IMG/VR virus record: IMGVR_UViG_3300022752_000014 | Length of the DNA: 64,000 bases | Source of the DNA: a virus | Taxonomy: Duplodnaviria; Caudoviricetes | Direction: 5' to 3' (one strand) | Shown: one piece after another, positions 55,393 to 63,382 of the stretch | Layout of the letters: each line of letters starts with the position of its first letter | Numbering within the stretch: the first letter of the stretch is position 1 | Notes under the pieces: model-generated | Databases searched by the model: none | What the model saw: only the letters and a program-made list of their open reading frames with translations | What the model was told of the DNA's origin: nothing | Translations under genes and position numbers: made by a program

Positions 55393-55632
55393 ATGAAAAT
55401 GTACAAAGACCTTAACGAACTCGAATCATTTACGGTTGAACAGTTTCAGGTAGATTTTGATACTCTGATAGAAAGAGTTGAAAATGGAGAATCATTTATC
55501 ATAACAGATGGGGAAAGGAACGCGGTAATAGTTCCTTATAACGAAACTATTAAGTTTGCAGTAGAATCAACAGAATCAATTGTGGATGACGAAATGATAC
55601 GTCTTCACACTGATCACGAAGAGGGATCGTAA
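55393..55632 (+). CDS. Phd/YefM antitoxin-like protein
   Basis: TVEQFQVDFDTLIERVENGESFIIT..AVIVP pattern. Confidence 0.55.
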   Translation: MKMYKDLNELESFTVEQFQVDFDTLIERVENGESFIITDGERNAVIVPYNETIKFAVESTESIVDDEMIRLHTDHEEGS

Positions 55633-55639
55633 ACTAACT

Positions 55640-55711
55640 GGGGGTGTCGCATAAAGGTCAATGCGCTCTGCTTATAACGGAGTCATCCTGGTTCAAGTCC
55701 AGGCATCCCTA
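55640..55711 (+). tRNA. tRNA-Ile (TAT)
   Basis: GGGGGTG/CATCCCT, CTCTG-ctTATaa-CGGAG, CCTGG-TTCAAGT-CCAGG. Confidence 0.88.
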
Positions 55712-55712
55712 T

Positions 55713-55762
55713 GGAGGTTTCGTGCCTGTGAAGAGGAAACTCTGAGGCTGTGTAAATCCTCC
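55713..55762 (+). ncRNA. Kink-turn-containing hairpin RNA
   Basis: GGAGG/CCTCC outer stem; CC-UGU-GA-AGAG-GAAA-CUCU-GA-GG standard k-turn pattern. Confidence 0.5.
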
Positions 55763-55766
55763 TTTT

Positions 55767-55839
55767 GCTCCTTTAGCTATCTGGTGAAAGCACCCGACTC
55801 ATAATCGGATACAGGCGAGTTCGATCCTCGCAGGGAGCA
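55767..55839 (+). tRNA. tRNA with CAT anticodon (Ile2-like or elongator Met)
   Basis: GCTCCTT/AGGGAGC, loop ctCATaa; lacks initiator features; C4-G69 and C5-G68 as in Ile2. Confidence 0.88.
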
Positions 55840-55840
55840 C

Positions 55841-55870
55841 TTGACAGAAACCCTGTCAAACCCTTATAAT
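55841..55870 (+). promoter_or_regulatory. Sigma70-type promoter with an inverted repeat over the -35
   Basis: TTGACAG-aaacc-CTGTCAA; TTGACA-N18-TATAAT. Confidence 0.7.
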
Positions 55871-55892
55871 ACTAAGGTCAACATTCAAAACA

Positions 55893-56105
55893 ATGACTCT
55901 CACAGCAAAATTCAAGAAAGACGTTCAAACTCTGCGTGGTGCAGCAAACGGCGAATTCTACCTTGATGTAAAGAATCCGAAACTCTACAAAAAGGTTCGT
56001 CGGTACTATGAGAATGAGGGTGTAGTATTTTCTGGTGATCCTCTGGATGATTATGAGATGCTTATGGAATACGTCGCTAGTGATCTTGAAGCGGTCGAAG
56101 CGTGA
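55893..56105 (+). CDS. Conserved cyanophage hypothetical protein
   Basis: LDVKNPKLYKKVRRYYENEGVVFSGDP. Confidence 0.75.
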   Translation: MTLTAKFKKDVQTLRGAANGEFYLDVKNPKLYKKVRRYYENEGVVFSGDPLDDYEMLMEYVASDLEAVEA

Positions 56106-56368
56106 TGAATGTAGTAAGAAAACCAACTGTTCTTATGGAGCGGTTTCCTTATCGTTATGTTCAGGTCGGTACTTTGGAAATCAATGGAAAACCTGATTGT
56201 CGAATTCAAAAAGTAGATTCCTATACTGGTCGTTATCGTGATATGTATCTCTGCGATAATGAGATGCAACTGATGACTGCTATGGAAGACTTTGATTATA
56301 CCTGTTGGTTAGATCCAGACAGGGTTCCTGCTTATGTGCAGGACGATGAAGACACGGATGGTCTATAA
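56102..56368 (+). CDS. Conserved cyanophage hypothetical protein
   Basis: ERFPYRYVQVG..RIQK..YLCDNEMQL. Confidence 0.75.
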   Translation: MMNVVRKPTVLMERFPYRYVQVGTLEINGKPDCRIQKVDSYTGRYRDMYLCDNEMQLMTAMEDFDYTCWLDPDRVPAYVQDDEDTDGL

Positions 56369-56394
56369 CAGCACTGGTCGGGAGCAAACCCCTT

Positions 56395-56622
56395 ATGGAA
56401 AAGTCTGATTTACTTCGGTGGATTGGAAATAGTCTTCTCATTATTGGTTATCAAATTATGCTATGGGGAGACTTTAAAAATGGTTTGTTGCTAAAATGTA
56501 TTGGAGGATTACTCACAGTACCTTTTGCGATCAAACTTAAACTTTGGGATGTGCTTTTCTTATGCGCTTTCTTTGGTATTTCCGAGATATCAAAATTATC
56601 CCAACTTTTCTTGGTTTCCTAA
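56395..56622 (+). CDS. Multi-TM membrane protein
   Basis: Three hydrophobic segments. Confidence 0.6.
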   Translation: MEKSDLLRWIGNSLLIIGYQIMLWGDFKNGLLLKCIGGLLTVPFAIKLKLWDVLFLCAFFGISEISKLSQLFLVS

Positions 56623-56752
56623 AACCAAGTGGTGGAGTCAAGTATGACCCTATTATGAGTTTCTTGCTTCTCTCAAGAGCAAGTGGTGCGGATGGGACTC
56701 TCTCCCGCCTGGTTTCCAATTTCCAGTCAAAGAATTGGTGGCGAGCCTGAGT
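56604..56752 (+). ncRNA. manA-like structured RNA with three repeated stem modules
   Basis: Three TTTC-stem-TGGYG units; sits near tRNAs and upstream of sugar genes, the context described for manA; family call from memory. Confidence 0.55.
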
Positions 56753-56757
56753 TACCT

Positions 56758-56794
56758 AAGGTGGGTTGCATAAACCCACCTTTTTTAGTATAAT
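56758..56794 (+). promoter_or_regulatory. Stem-loop promoter cassette (copy 1)
   Basis: GGTGGGTT-gcat-AAACCCACC-T6; TTGCAT-N17-TATAAT. Confidence 0.75.
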
Positions 56795-56812
56795 GACAAA
56801 AACTATATTCAT

Positions 56813-57304
56813 ATGAAAATCGGTTTTAACTGTAGTTGCTTTGATCTTTTTCACGCAGGGCACGTTACAATGCTCAAGATGGAAAAAGAAATGTGTGACT
56901 ATTTGAAGATAGCACTTCAGGTTGATCCGACAGTTGATAGACCAGGTTTAAAAAATAAACCAGTGCAGTCCATCTATGAAAGATATGCTCAGGTGCAAGG
57001 ATGTAAATATGTGGATGAGATACTTGTTTATGATTCAGAAGCAGATCTTTTGAATTTAATTAAAACTCAAACCTTTCACATTAGATTTTTGAGTGAGGAA
57101 TATAAGGATATTGATTTCACAGGTAAGCAATATTGTATTGATAACGATATTGAGATTTACTATCATCTGAGAAGGCATCAATATTCAACCACAGAACTCA
57201 GAAATCGTGTTTACGAACTTGAGAAAGCAAAAAGGGAAGAGAAAGATATTAAAGATATTTTACAGTATTCTCCAGAACTCTTAGAAAGATACGGACAAAA
57301 ATGA
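56813..57304 (+). CDS. Cytidylyltransferase (TagD/RfaE-like)
   Basis: FDLFHAGH HIGH motif, ER..QV.GCKYVDEI, YSTTELR. Confidence 0.85.
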   Translation: MKIGFNCSCFDLFHAGHVTMLKMEKEMCDYLKIALQVDPTVDRPGLKNKPVQSIYERYAQVQGCKYVDEILVYDSEADLLNLIKTQTFHIRFLSEEYKDIDFTGKQYCIDNDIEIYYHLRRHQYSTTELRNRVYELEKAKREEKDIKDILQYSPELLERYGQK

Positions 57305-58233
57305 CTATCTTAGTTACAGGTGGAGCAGGATTTATTGGAAGTAATTTTCTTCATTACCTTGTTGCATGTACTACCGAAGAAATTATTTGTCTTGATAAAT
57401 TGACCTATGCTGCGGATTGGCATAATATTCCAGATCCAGTAAAACTTTATACAATAGATATTGCTAATGAACAAGAATGTGAAATAGCATTTAAGAATAA
57501 TAAAATAACAAATGTATTCCACTTTGCCGCAGAAAGTCATGTAGATAATTCAATTAAAGATTGTTCTCCATTTGTTCATACTAATATTAGTGGTACTATA
57601 AGTATTCTGAACTTGTCTTTAAAGTACGGAGTTGAGAAGTTCATCCACATCTCTACTGATGAAGTTTATGGGTCAATTGATTTTGGTCAATTTACAGAAC
57701 AATCAAATTATTCTCCAAGAAATCCATACTCCGCATCAAAGGCAGCAAGCGATCATTTTGTAATGGCATATCATAACACATATGGTCTGCCTGCAATAAT
57801 TACGAATTGTTCCAACAACTATGGACCTAGACAATATCAGGAAAAGATGATTCCGAAGACAATCACCAATTTGTTGTCTGGTAAAAAAATTCCTGTTTAT
57901 GGAGATGGTAAACAAGTTCGTGATTGGTTATATGTACAGGATCACTGTGAAGCGTTGATCGAAGTTTGGTTAAAAGGTAGAATCGGGCAAAAATATAATA
58001 TTGGTGGTGAGTGTGAAGTTCGCAATATCGATCTGGTCAGAATGATTCTAGACCGTATGAATATGAAAGAAGATATGATAGAATATATCAATGATAGACC
58101 TGGGCATGACCGTCGTTATTCTACGGATATTGCTAAGATTCGCCACGAATTAAAATGGTCTCCCAGATTTGACCTAGATACTGGGTTGGATAAAACTATT
58201 GCTTGGTATACTGAACGACATGATCATAATTGA
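57301..58233 (+). CDS. rfbB: dTDP-glucose 4,6-dehydratase
   Basis: GGAGFIG, AAESHVD, STDEVYG, YSASKA, RPGHDRRY. Confidence 0.93.
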   Translation: MTILVTGGAGFIGSNFLHYLVACTTEEIICLDKLTYAADWHNIPDPVKLYTIDIANEQECEIAFKNNKITNVFHFAAESHVDNSIKDCSPFVHTNISGTISILNLSLKYGVEKFIHISTDEVYGSIDFGQFTEQSNYSPRNPYSASKAASDHFVMAYHNTYGLPAIITNCSNNYGPRQYQEKMIPKTITNLLSGKKIPVYGDGKQVRDWLYVQDHCEALIEVWLKGRIGQKYNIGGECEVRNIDLVRMILDRMNMKEDMIEYINDRPGHDRRYSTDIAKIRHELKWSPRFDLDTGLDKTIAWYTERHDHN

Positions 58234-58293
58234 TTATTTGCTACATACTAAACTAATTATCAATCGAAATATTGGCGTCAGAGATGAATTACA

Positions 58294-58330
58294 AAAGTGG
58301 GTTGCATAAACCCATCTTTTTTAGTATAAT
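58294..58330 (+). promoter_or_regulatory. Stem-loop promoter cassette (copy 2)
   Basis: GTGGGTTGCATAAACCCATC-T6-AGTATAAT; near-identical to 56761-56794. Confidence 0.75.
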
Positions 58331-58353
58331 AATGTAAATACTTTTATGAATTT

Positions 58354-59598
58354 ATGAATATGTTTCATAAAATAGAAAAATGTAGAGTTTGTGGAAATAA
58401 AAATTTTTTCACACTTTTAGATCTGGGTAATCAATATTTGTCTGGAATTTTTCCCAAAATGATTGACTTAGATATGTATCGTGGTCCATTGAAACTTGTA
58501 AAATGTGACGAAACAACAGGTGGGTGTGGTCATGTTCAATTGGAACATACATTTGATTTGCCAACAATGTATGGACAAGAATATGGATATCGTTCTGGAT
58601 TAAATTCCAGTATGGTTAGTCACCTTCATCAAAAATATAAAAATATTACAAAATTCATTGATTTAAAAAATGAAGATATTGTAGTTGACATCGCGGGGAA
58701 TGATGGAACATTTCTTGGATTTTTTCCAAGTAATCTTAGACTTGTAAGTATTGACCCCACATCTAGTAAGTTTAAAAAATATTTTGCGGAACATGTAAAT
58801 TACATCGCAGATTTTTTTACTGAAAAAACATTTAGGGATTTTTTTGGAACTTCTAATGCCAAGTTGGTGACTTCATTTTCAATGTTTTATGATTTAGAAG
58901 ATCCGTGTGATTTTGCCAGACAAGTTAATTCTATTCTTGATCAAGAAGAAGGAATATGGGTTTTGGAGCAAAGTTATATGCCAGAGATGCTTAAAGTTAA
59001 TTCGTTTGATACTATATGTCACGAACATCTTTCTTATTATAGTATGAGGCAATTGAAATATATTATGGATAATGCCGGATTAAAAATCATTCAATTTGAA
59101 TTTAATGATGCTAATGGTGGAAGCGTATCTTTGACTGTTGCCAACAAAGATAGTAAGTATGAAGAGTGTAGTGAAATGTTGAATGAAATTCTTCATAAAG
59201 AACTTGAACTCGGACTTGACACTATAAAACCCTGGCAAGAATTTTCTTTTAGAATTAATGAGTGTAAAACTAAATTCTGGAAACTTATTGATGAGTGTAA
59301 AAAAGATGGTCTTAGAATTGCTGCTCTTGGAGCAAGCACTAAAGGTAATGTGACTCTCCAAACCTGGGAAATTACATCACAAGATATTTTAGCAATCGGT
59401 GATGTTAATCCGGATAAAGAAGGATCATTTACTCCAGGAACATGGATTCCCATTAAATCTGAAGATTTCGTTATTAATGAATATGATGTCTTTGTAGTCT
59501 TGCCTTGGCACTTTAAAAATTTCTTTATTAATAATCAAAAATTCAAAGGTAAAAAACTGCTATTTCCTCTTCCTAATCCTGAAATCGTGAGTGTTTAA
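58354..59598 (+). CDS. NDP-hexose C-methyltransferase
   Basis: CRVCG zinc site, YGYRSG, DIAGNDG SAM motif, HEHLSYYS, GASTKG, LPWHF. Confidence 0.85.
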   Translation: MNMFHKIEKCRVCGNKNFFTLLDLGNQYLSGIFPKMIDLDMYRGPLKLVKCDETTGGCGHVQLEHTFDLPTMYGQEYGYRSGLNSSMVSHLHQKYKNITKFIDLKNEDIVVDIAGNDGTFLGFFPSNLRLVSIDPTSSKFKKYFAEHVNYIADFFTEKTFRDFFGTSNAKLVTSFSMFYDLEDPCDFARQVNSILDQEEGIWVLEQSYMPEMLKVNSFDTICHEHLSYYSMRQLKYIMDNAGLKIIQFEFNDANGGSVSLTVANKDSKYEECSEMLNEILHKELELGLDTIKPWQEFSFRINECKTKFWKLIDECKKDGLRIAALGASTKGNVTLQTWEITSQDILAIGDVNPDKEGSFTPGTWIPIKSEDFVINEYDVFVVLPWHFKNFFINNQKFKGKKLLFPLPNPEIVSV

Positions 59599-59600
59599 TT

Positions 59601-60536
59601 ATGAATAAAAATTCTAAAATATTTGTTGCAGGACATCGAGGACTAGTTGGATCTGCTATTGTTAGGACACTAACTGAACGAGGATATACAAATATTATTA
59701 CAAGAACTCGTCAAGAACTAAATCTTTTAAATCAAAATGCTGTAGAACATTTTTTTGATACTGAAAGACCAGAATATGTTTTTGATGCAGCTGCTCGCGT
59801 TGGTGGCATCTATGCAAACGATACGTACTCAGCAGATTTCATTTATGAAAACATTCAAATTCAAACAAATTTAATTCATAATTCTTGGAAGCACGGAGTT
59901 AAGAAGTTTTTGTTTTTAGGATCTGTTTGCATTTATCCAAAGTTTGCTGAGGTTCCTGTAAAAGAAGAATCTTTACTGACTGGTTTTCTTGAACCAACAA
60001 ACGATGCCTATGCTGTTGCAAAAATTTCTGGAATTAAAATGCTTCAAGCATATCATAAACAATATGGATTTAAGAGTGTTTCTTTAATGCCCTCTAATTT
60101 GTATGGTCCTGGTGATAATTTCCATCCAGAAAATGGACACGTCATTCCTGCTATGATGAGTAAATTTAATAATTCAAATGGCAAGACTGTATCTTTTTGG
60201 GGAGATGGAACACCAATGAGGGAATTTTTGTATTCTGATGATTTGGCAGACGCTTGTCTTTTTGCTATGGACAAATTTGAAAGTGCAGAACTTATTAATG
60301 TTGGATCTGGATATAACGTAAGTATTAAAGAACTTGCAGAGACTGTTGCGGCGGTTGTTGGATATGGTGGTGAAATCAAATGGGATATTTCTCGTCCAAA
60401 TGGCACTCCTAATCGCCCTCTTGATTATTCTAAAATGACTGAACTTGGTTGGAAACCAAAATATAGTTTACTTTCAGGACTTTTAAAAACTTATAAGTGG
60501 TTTAATGAAGCAACTTATTTGGATAGTTGTAAATGA
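59601..60536 (+). CDS. fcl: GDP-L-fucose synthase
   Basis: GHRGLVGS, AARVGGI, LGSVCIYP, YAVAK, NLYGPGDNF. Confidence 0.93.
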   Translation: MNKNSKIFVAGHRGLVGSAIVRTLTERGYTNIITRTRQELNLLNQNAVEHFFDTERPEYVFDAAARVGGIYANDTYSADFIYENIQIQTNLIHNSWKHGVKKFLFLGSVCIYPKFAEVPVKEESLLTGFLEPTNDAYAVAKISGIKMLQAYHKQYGFKSVSLMPSNLYGPGDNFHPENGHVIPAMMSKFNNSNGKTVSFWGDGTPMREFLYSDDLADACLFAMDKFESAELINVGSGYNVSIKELAETVAAVVGYGGEIKWDISRPNGTPNRPLDYSKMTELGWKPKYSLLSGLLKTYKWFNEATYLDSCK

Positions 60537-61351
60537 AATTTTCAATTTATGGAGGAACAGGATTTGTCGGTAGAAATTTCTGCCGACTTTTTTCTGACAA
60601 TGTGATTCTCCAACAGAGGGAAGAACGAAAACCAAATACAAATGAGATAATTTATTTCATTTCTACAGTTGATAATTATAACGTTTATACGAATATTACT
60701 CTAGATGTCGAGACTAACCTCAAAGTTCTTTGTGAAGTTTTGGATTTTTGTAGAGATACTAATATTGTTTTCAATTTTATTAGCTCTTGGTTTGTTTACG
60801 GGGAAGTTGAATTACCAGCAAAAGAAGACGACTATTGCAATCCCACAGGATTTTACTCAATCACAAAAAAGGCAGCAGAAGATCTTTTGATTTCTTTTTG
60901 TAGAACCTATGGAGTCAAGTATCGTATTCTTCGTCTATGTAATGTAATGGGCAATGGAGATGGTAAAGTCTCTGCTAAAAAGAATGCTCTGAGTTATATG
61001 ATAGACCTTCTCAAGAAAGATGAAGATGTCTATTTGTATGATGACGGAACCCCAATTAGAGATATTATGCACGTTGATGATGTTTGTCGTGCCATCGAAC
61101 TCGTCTGTAGAGAGGGTGAATTTAATGAAATATATAATATCGGAAGTGGACAACCAACACCTATCTCTGCTATAATTGAAACAGCAAAGAGGTATTTGGA
61201 ATCCAACTCAGTTATCAAATCTAAAGAAGCACCTGAGTTTCACAAGATTGTCCAGGCAAAAGACTTTTGGATGGACACAACTAAACTAAATCGACTTGGA
61301 TTCACTCGTCAAATTAGTAATGAACAAATCATTCAACAACTATGTCAATAA
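60533..61351 (+). CDS. NAD-dependent epimerase/dehydratase (extended SDR)
   Basis: GGTGFVG, SSWFVYG, YSITK, RD..HV.D. Confidence 0.85.
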   Translation: MKFSIYGGTGFVGRNFCRLFSDNVILQQREERKPNTNEIIYFISTVDNYNVYTNITLDVETNLKVLCEVLDFCRDTNIVFNFISSWFVYGEVELPAKEDDYCNPTGFYSITKKAAEDLLISFCRTYGVKYRILRLCNVMGNGDGKVSAKKNALSYMIDLLKKDEDVYLYDDGTPIRDIMHVDDVCRAIELVCREGEFNEIYNIGSGQPTPISAIIETAKRYLESNSVIKSKEAPEFHKIVQAKDFWMDTTKLNRLGFTRQISNEQIIQQLCQ

Positions 61352-62661
61352 ATCAAGAGGTTTTAAATCTCATTTCCAACCTTCAAGATAAGGGTGAGAA
61401 ACTCTTTCCCTATATCTGCAACAACAACTATGAGAAGGGGAAAAGTAATATCTATTATTCTGGTCCTTACTGGGATGAGAAAGAAGTTGCTGCTGCAATC
61501 ACTACACTTCTGAGTGGTAAGTGGCTTCCTTCTGGTGAGGAAGTTAATAAGTTTGAACGTGCTTTTTCGAAGAGGTTTGGATTCGAGCATTCTGTGATGG
61601 TGAACTCTGGTAGTTCTGCCAATCTTGTAATGATCGCTGCTCTGAAAAAGTATTTTGGTTGGGAAGATGGGGATGAAATTATTGTTTGTGTCTGTGGATT
61701 CCCAACTACAATTAACCCAATTATTCAGAATAATTTAAAACCAGTATTTGTTGATATTAGTTACGATGATTTGAACTGGGATCTTGACCAAGTTAGAGAA
61801 AAAATTACATCAAAAACCAAAGCAGTTTTCTCTTCGCCTGTCCTTGGAAATGCTTATGACTATGACAAACTCCTTGACATCTGTAATCGTTACAACATTA
61901 AGTTGATTGCCGATAACTGTGATAGTCTTGGTAGTAAGTGGAAAGGTGAGTATCTAACTAAACACGCTGTAGCAGCATCGTGTTCTTTCTATCCTGCCCA
62001 CCACATTGCCGCCATTGAAGGTGGTATGGTTTCATCTAACATCAAGGAGATTGTAGATATCGCCCGCAGTTTTGCCTGGTGGGGTCGTGATTGCTATTGT
62101 GTGGGAGCACAAAATCTTCTGGAGTGCGGTGTCTGTGGTAAGAGATTTGATTATTGGTTGGAGGGATATAATGAACTTGTGGATCACAAATATGTGTTTG
62201 GACATATTGGATATAATTTGAAACCAGCAGATCTTCAGGGGTCAATTGGTCTTGTTCAACTTGAAAAGTTTGATGAGATTCACCAAAAGCGTCGTCATAA
62301 TAAAGAACGCCTTCATAAAATCTTTGAGAAACTTCCTTTTTGTAGGCTAATTGATGAAAGAGCAGAAGCAGAAACAAGCTGGTTCGGTGTTCCAATTGTA
62401 TTTGAATACGATAAGGCAGGATTAGTTAAATGGTTAGAAAGTCATAAGATTCAAACTCGTAACTATTTTGCTGGTAATATTCTGATGCACCCTGCATATA
62501 AGCATCTTGAACCAGCAAGTAATTATCCAAATGCTTCTAAAGTTCTTGATAACGTTTTCTTTGTCGGTTGCTCACCAACAATTACAGATGAAATGATTGA
62601 TTATATTGATGAAGTCGTTGAAAAATATAAAAATATTCAAATTAACTATCACCCAGTATAA
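61342..62661 (+). CDS. rfbH: CDP-4-keto-6-deoxyglucose 3-dehydrase-like (RfbH/DdhC, DegT family)
   Basis: NSGSSANL, SFYPAHH (His in place of the PLP Lys), GRDCYC..CGVCGKRF Cys cluster. Confidence 0.82.
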   Translation: MSINQEVLNLISNLQDKGEKLFPYICNNNYEKGKSNIYYSGPYWDEKEVAAAITTLLSGKWLPSGEEVNKFERAFSKRFGFEHSVMVNSGSSANLVMIAALKKYFGWEDGDEIIVCVCGFPTTINPIIQNNLKPVFVDISYDDLNWDLDQVREKITSKTKAVFSSPVLGNAYDYDKLLDICNRYNIKLIADNCDSLGSKWKGEYLTKHAVAASCSFYPAHHIAAIEGGMVSSNIKEIVDIARSFAWWGRDCYCVGAQNLLECGVCGKRFDYWLEGYNELVDHKYVFGHIGYNLKPADLQGSIGLVQLEKFDEIHQKRRHNKERLHKIFEKLPFCRLIDERAEAETSWFGVPIVFEYDKAGLVKWLESHKIQTRNYFAGNILMHPAYKHLEPASNYPNASKVLDNVFFVGCSPTITDEMIDYIDEVVEKYKNIQINYHPV

Positions 62662-62665
62662 AAAT

Positions 62666-63379
62666 ATGATTCCCCTATTAGGCATTTCTACTTTAAATCA
62701 AATTGATGGATTTGAAAGACTTATTAAATCAATTAACTTTCCTGTAGATGTTGTTTCGATTGTTGTTAATTCTACTTTTGAATACTTTGAAGAGGTAAGA
62801 AAATTATCAAAATCTAGTTTTGTTAATAAATTTGAAATTGCTTTTTGTCCGCAAAATTTAGGATTTGGTCCCAGCGTCAATTATCATATCAAAGCATATC
62901 CAAGTAAAGATTATTGGGTATTTGTGCAGGATGATGTTATAATGGGAAAAGATGATTTATCTCAAATACAAAATTTGATCAAATCCCACGATGGAGTTTT
63001 TTGTGATAAGAATGCAGAATATATTTTCTTTGCTCTTAATAGAAATATGATTAAGAAAGTTGGATTTTTTGATGAAAATTTTTATCCATCTAATTATGAA
63101 GATAATGACTATAGAGATAGAATATCAATTTCCGATGTAAAGGTTTGTCATTTTAATAGTTCTTGTCTGCATAATGAACTTCCAATAGAACAAGAAGGTG
63201 GAGGAAGTACTGGAAAAAAAATTCAAAAACTATCGCCAGAAAAATTTAGTGAATTGGAAAGATGTTATAATATGAACGGTGAATATTATTATAGAAAAAA
63301 ACAAAATCTCAATTCAAATAATGTTAATGATTATTTGTATGATATTGATGAAAGATCTAAAAAAGAATTTAGGATTTAA
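62666..63379 (+). CDS. Glycosyltransferase (GT2-like)
   Basis: NLGFGPSVN, QDD, VGFFDENFYPSNYEDNDY. Confidence 0.8.
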   Translation: MIPLLGISTLNQIDGFERLIKSINFPVDVVSIVVNSTFEYFEEVRKLSKSSFVNKFEIAFCPQNLGFGPSVNYHIKAYPSKDYWVFVQDDVIMGKDDLSQIQNLIKSHDGVFCDKNAEYIFFALNRNMIKKVGFFDENFYPSNYEDNDYRDRISISDVKVCHFNSSCLHNELPIEQEGGGSTGKKIQKLSPEKFSELERCYNMNGEYYYRKKQNLNSNNVNDYLYDIDERSKKEFRI

Positions 63380-63382
63380 CAA

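Noticed and set aside
55718-55745. Hammerhead ribozyme (CTGTGA..GAAAC)
   Set aside because: The core is not CUGANGA and stems II and III cannot be built; the k-turn hairpin explains the sequence better
56537-56750. Overlapping 60-68 aa ORFs on both strands
   Set aside because: They coincide with the structured manA-like RNA and have no RBS or recognisable protein features
58220-58309. 29 aa ORF after rfbB as a functional gene
   Set aside because: Too short, no recognisable motif, and it ends within the repeat cassette; treated as a possible remnant
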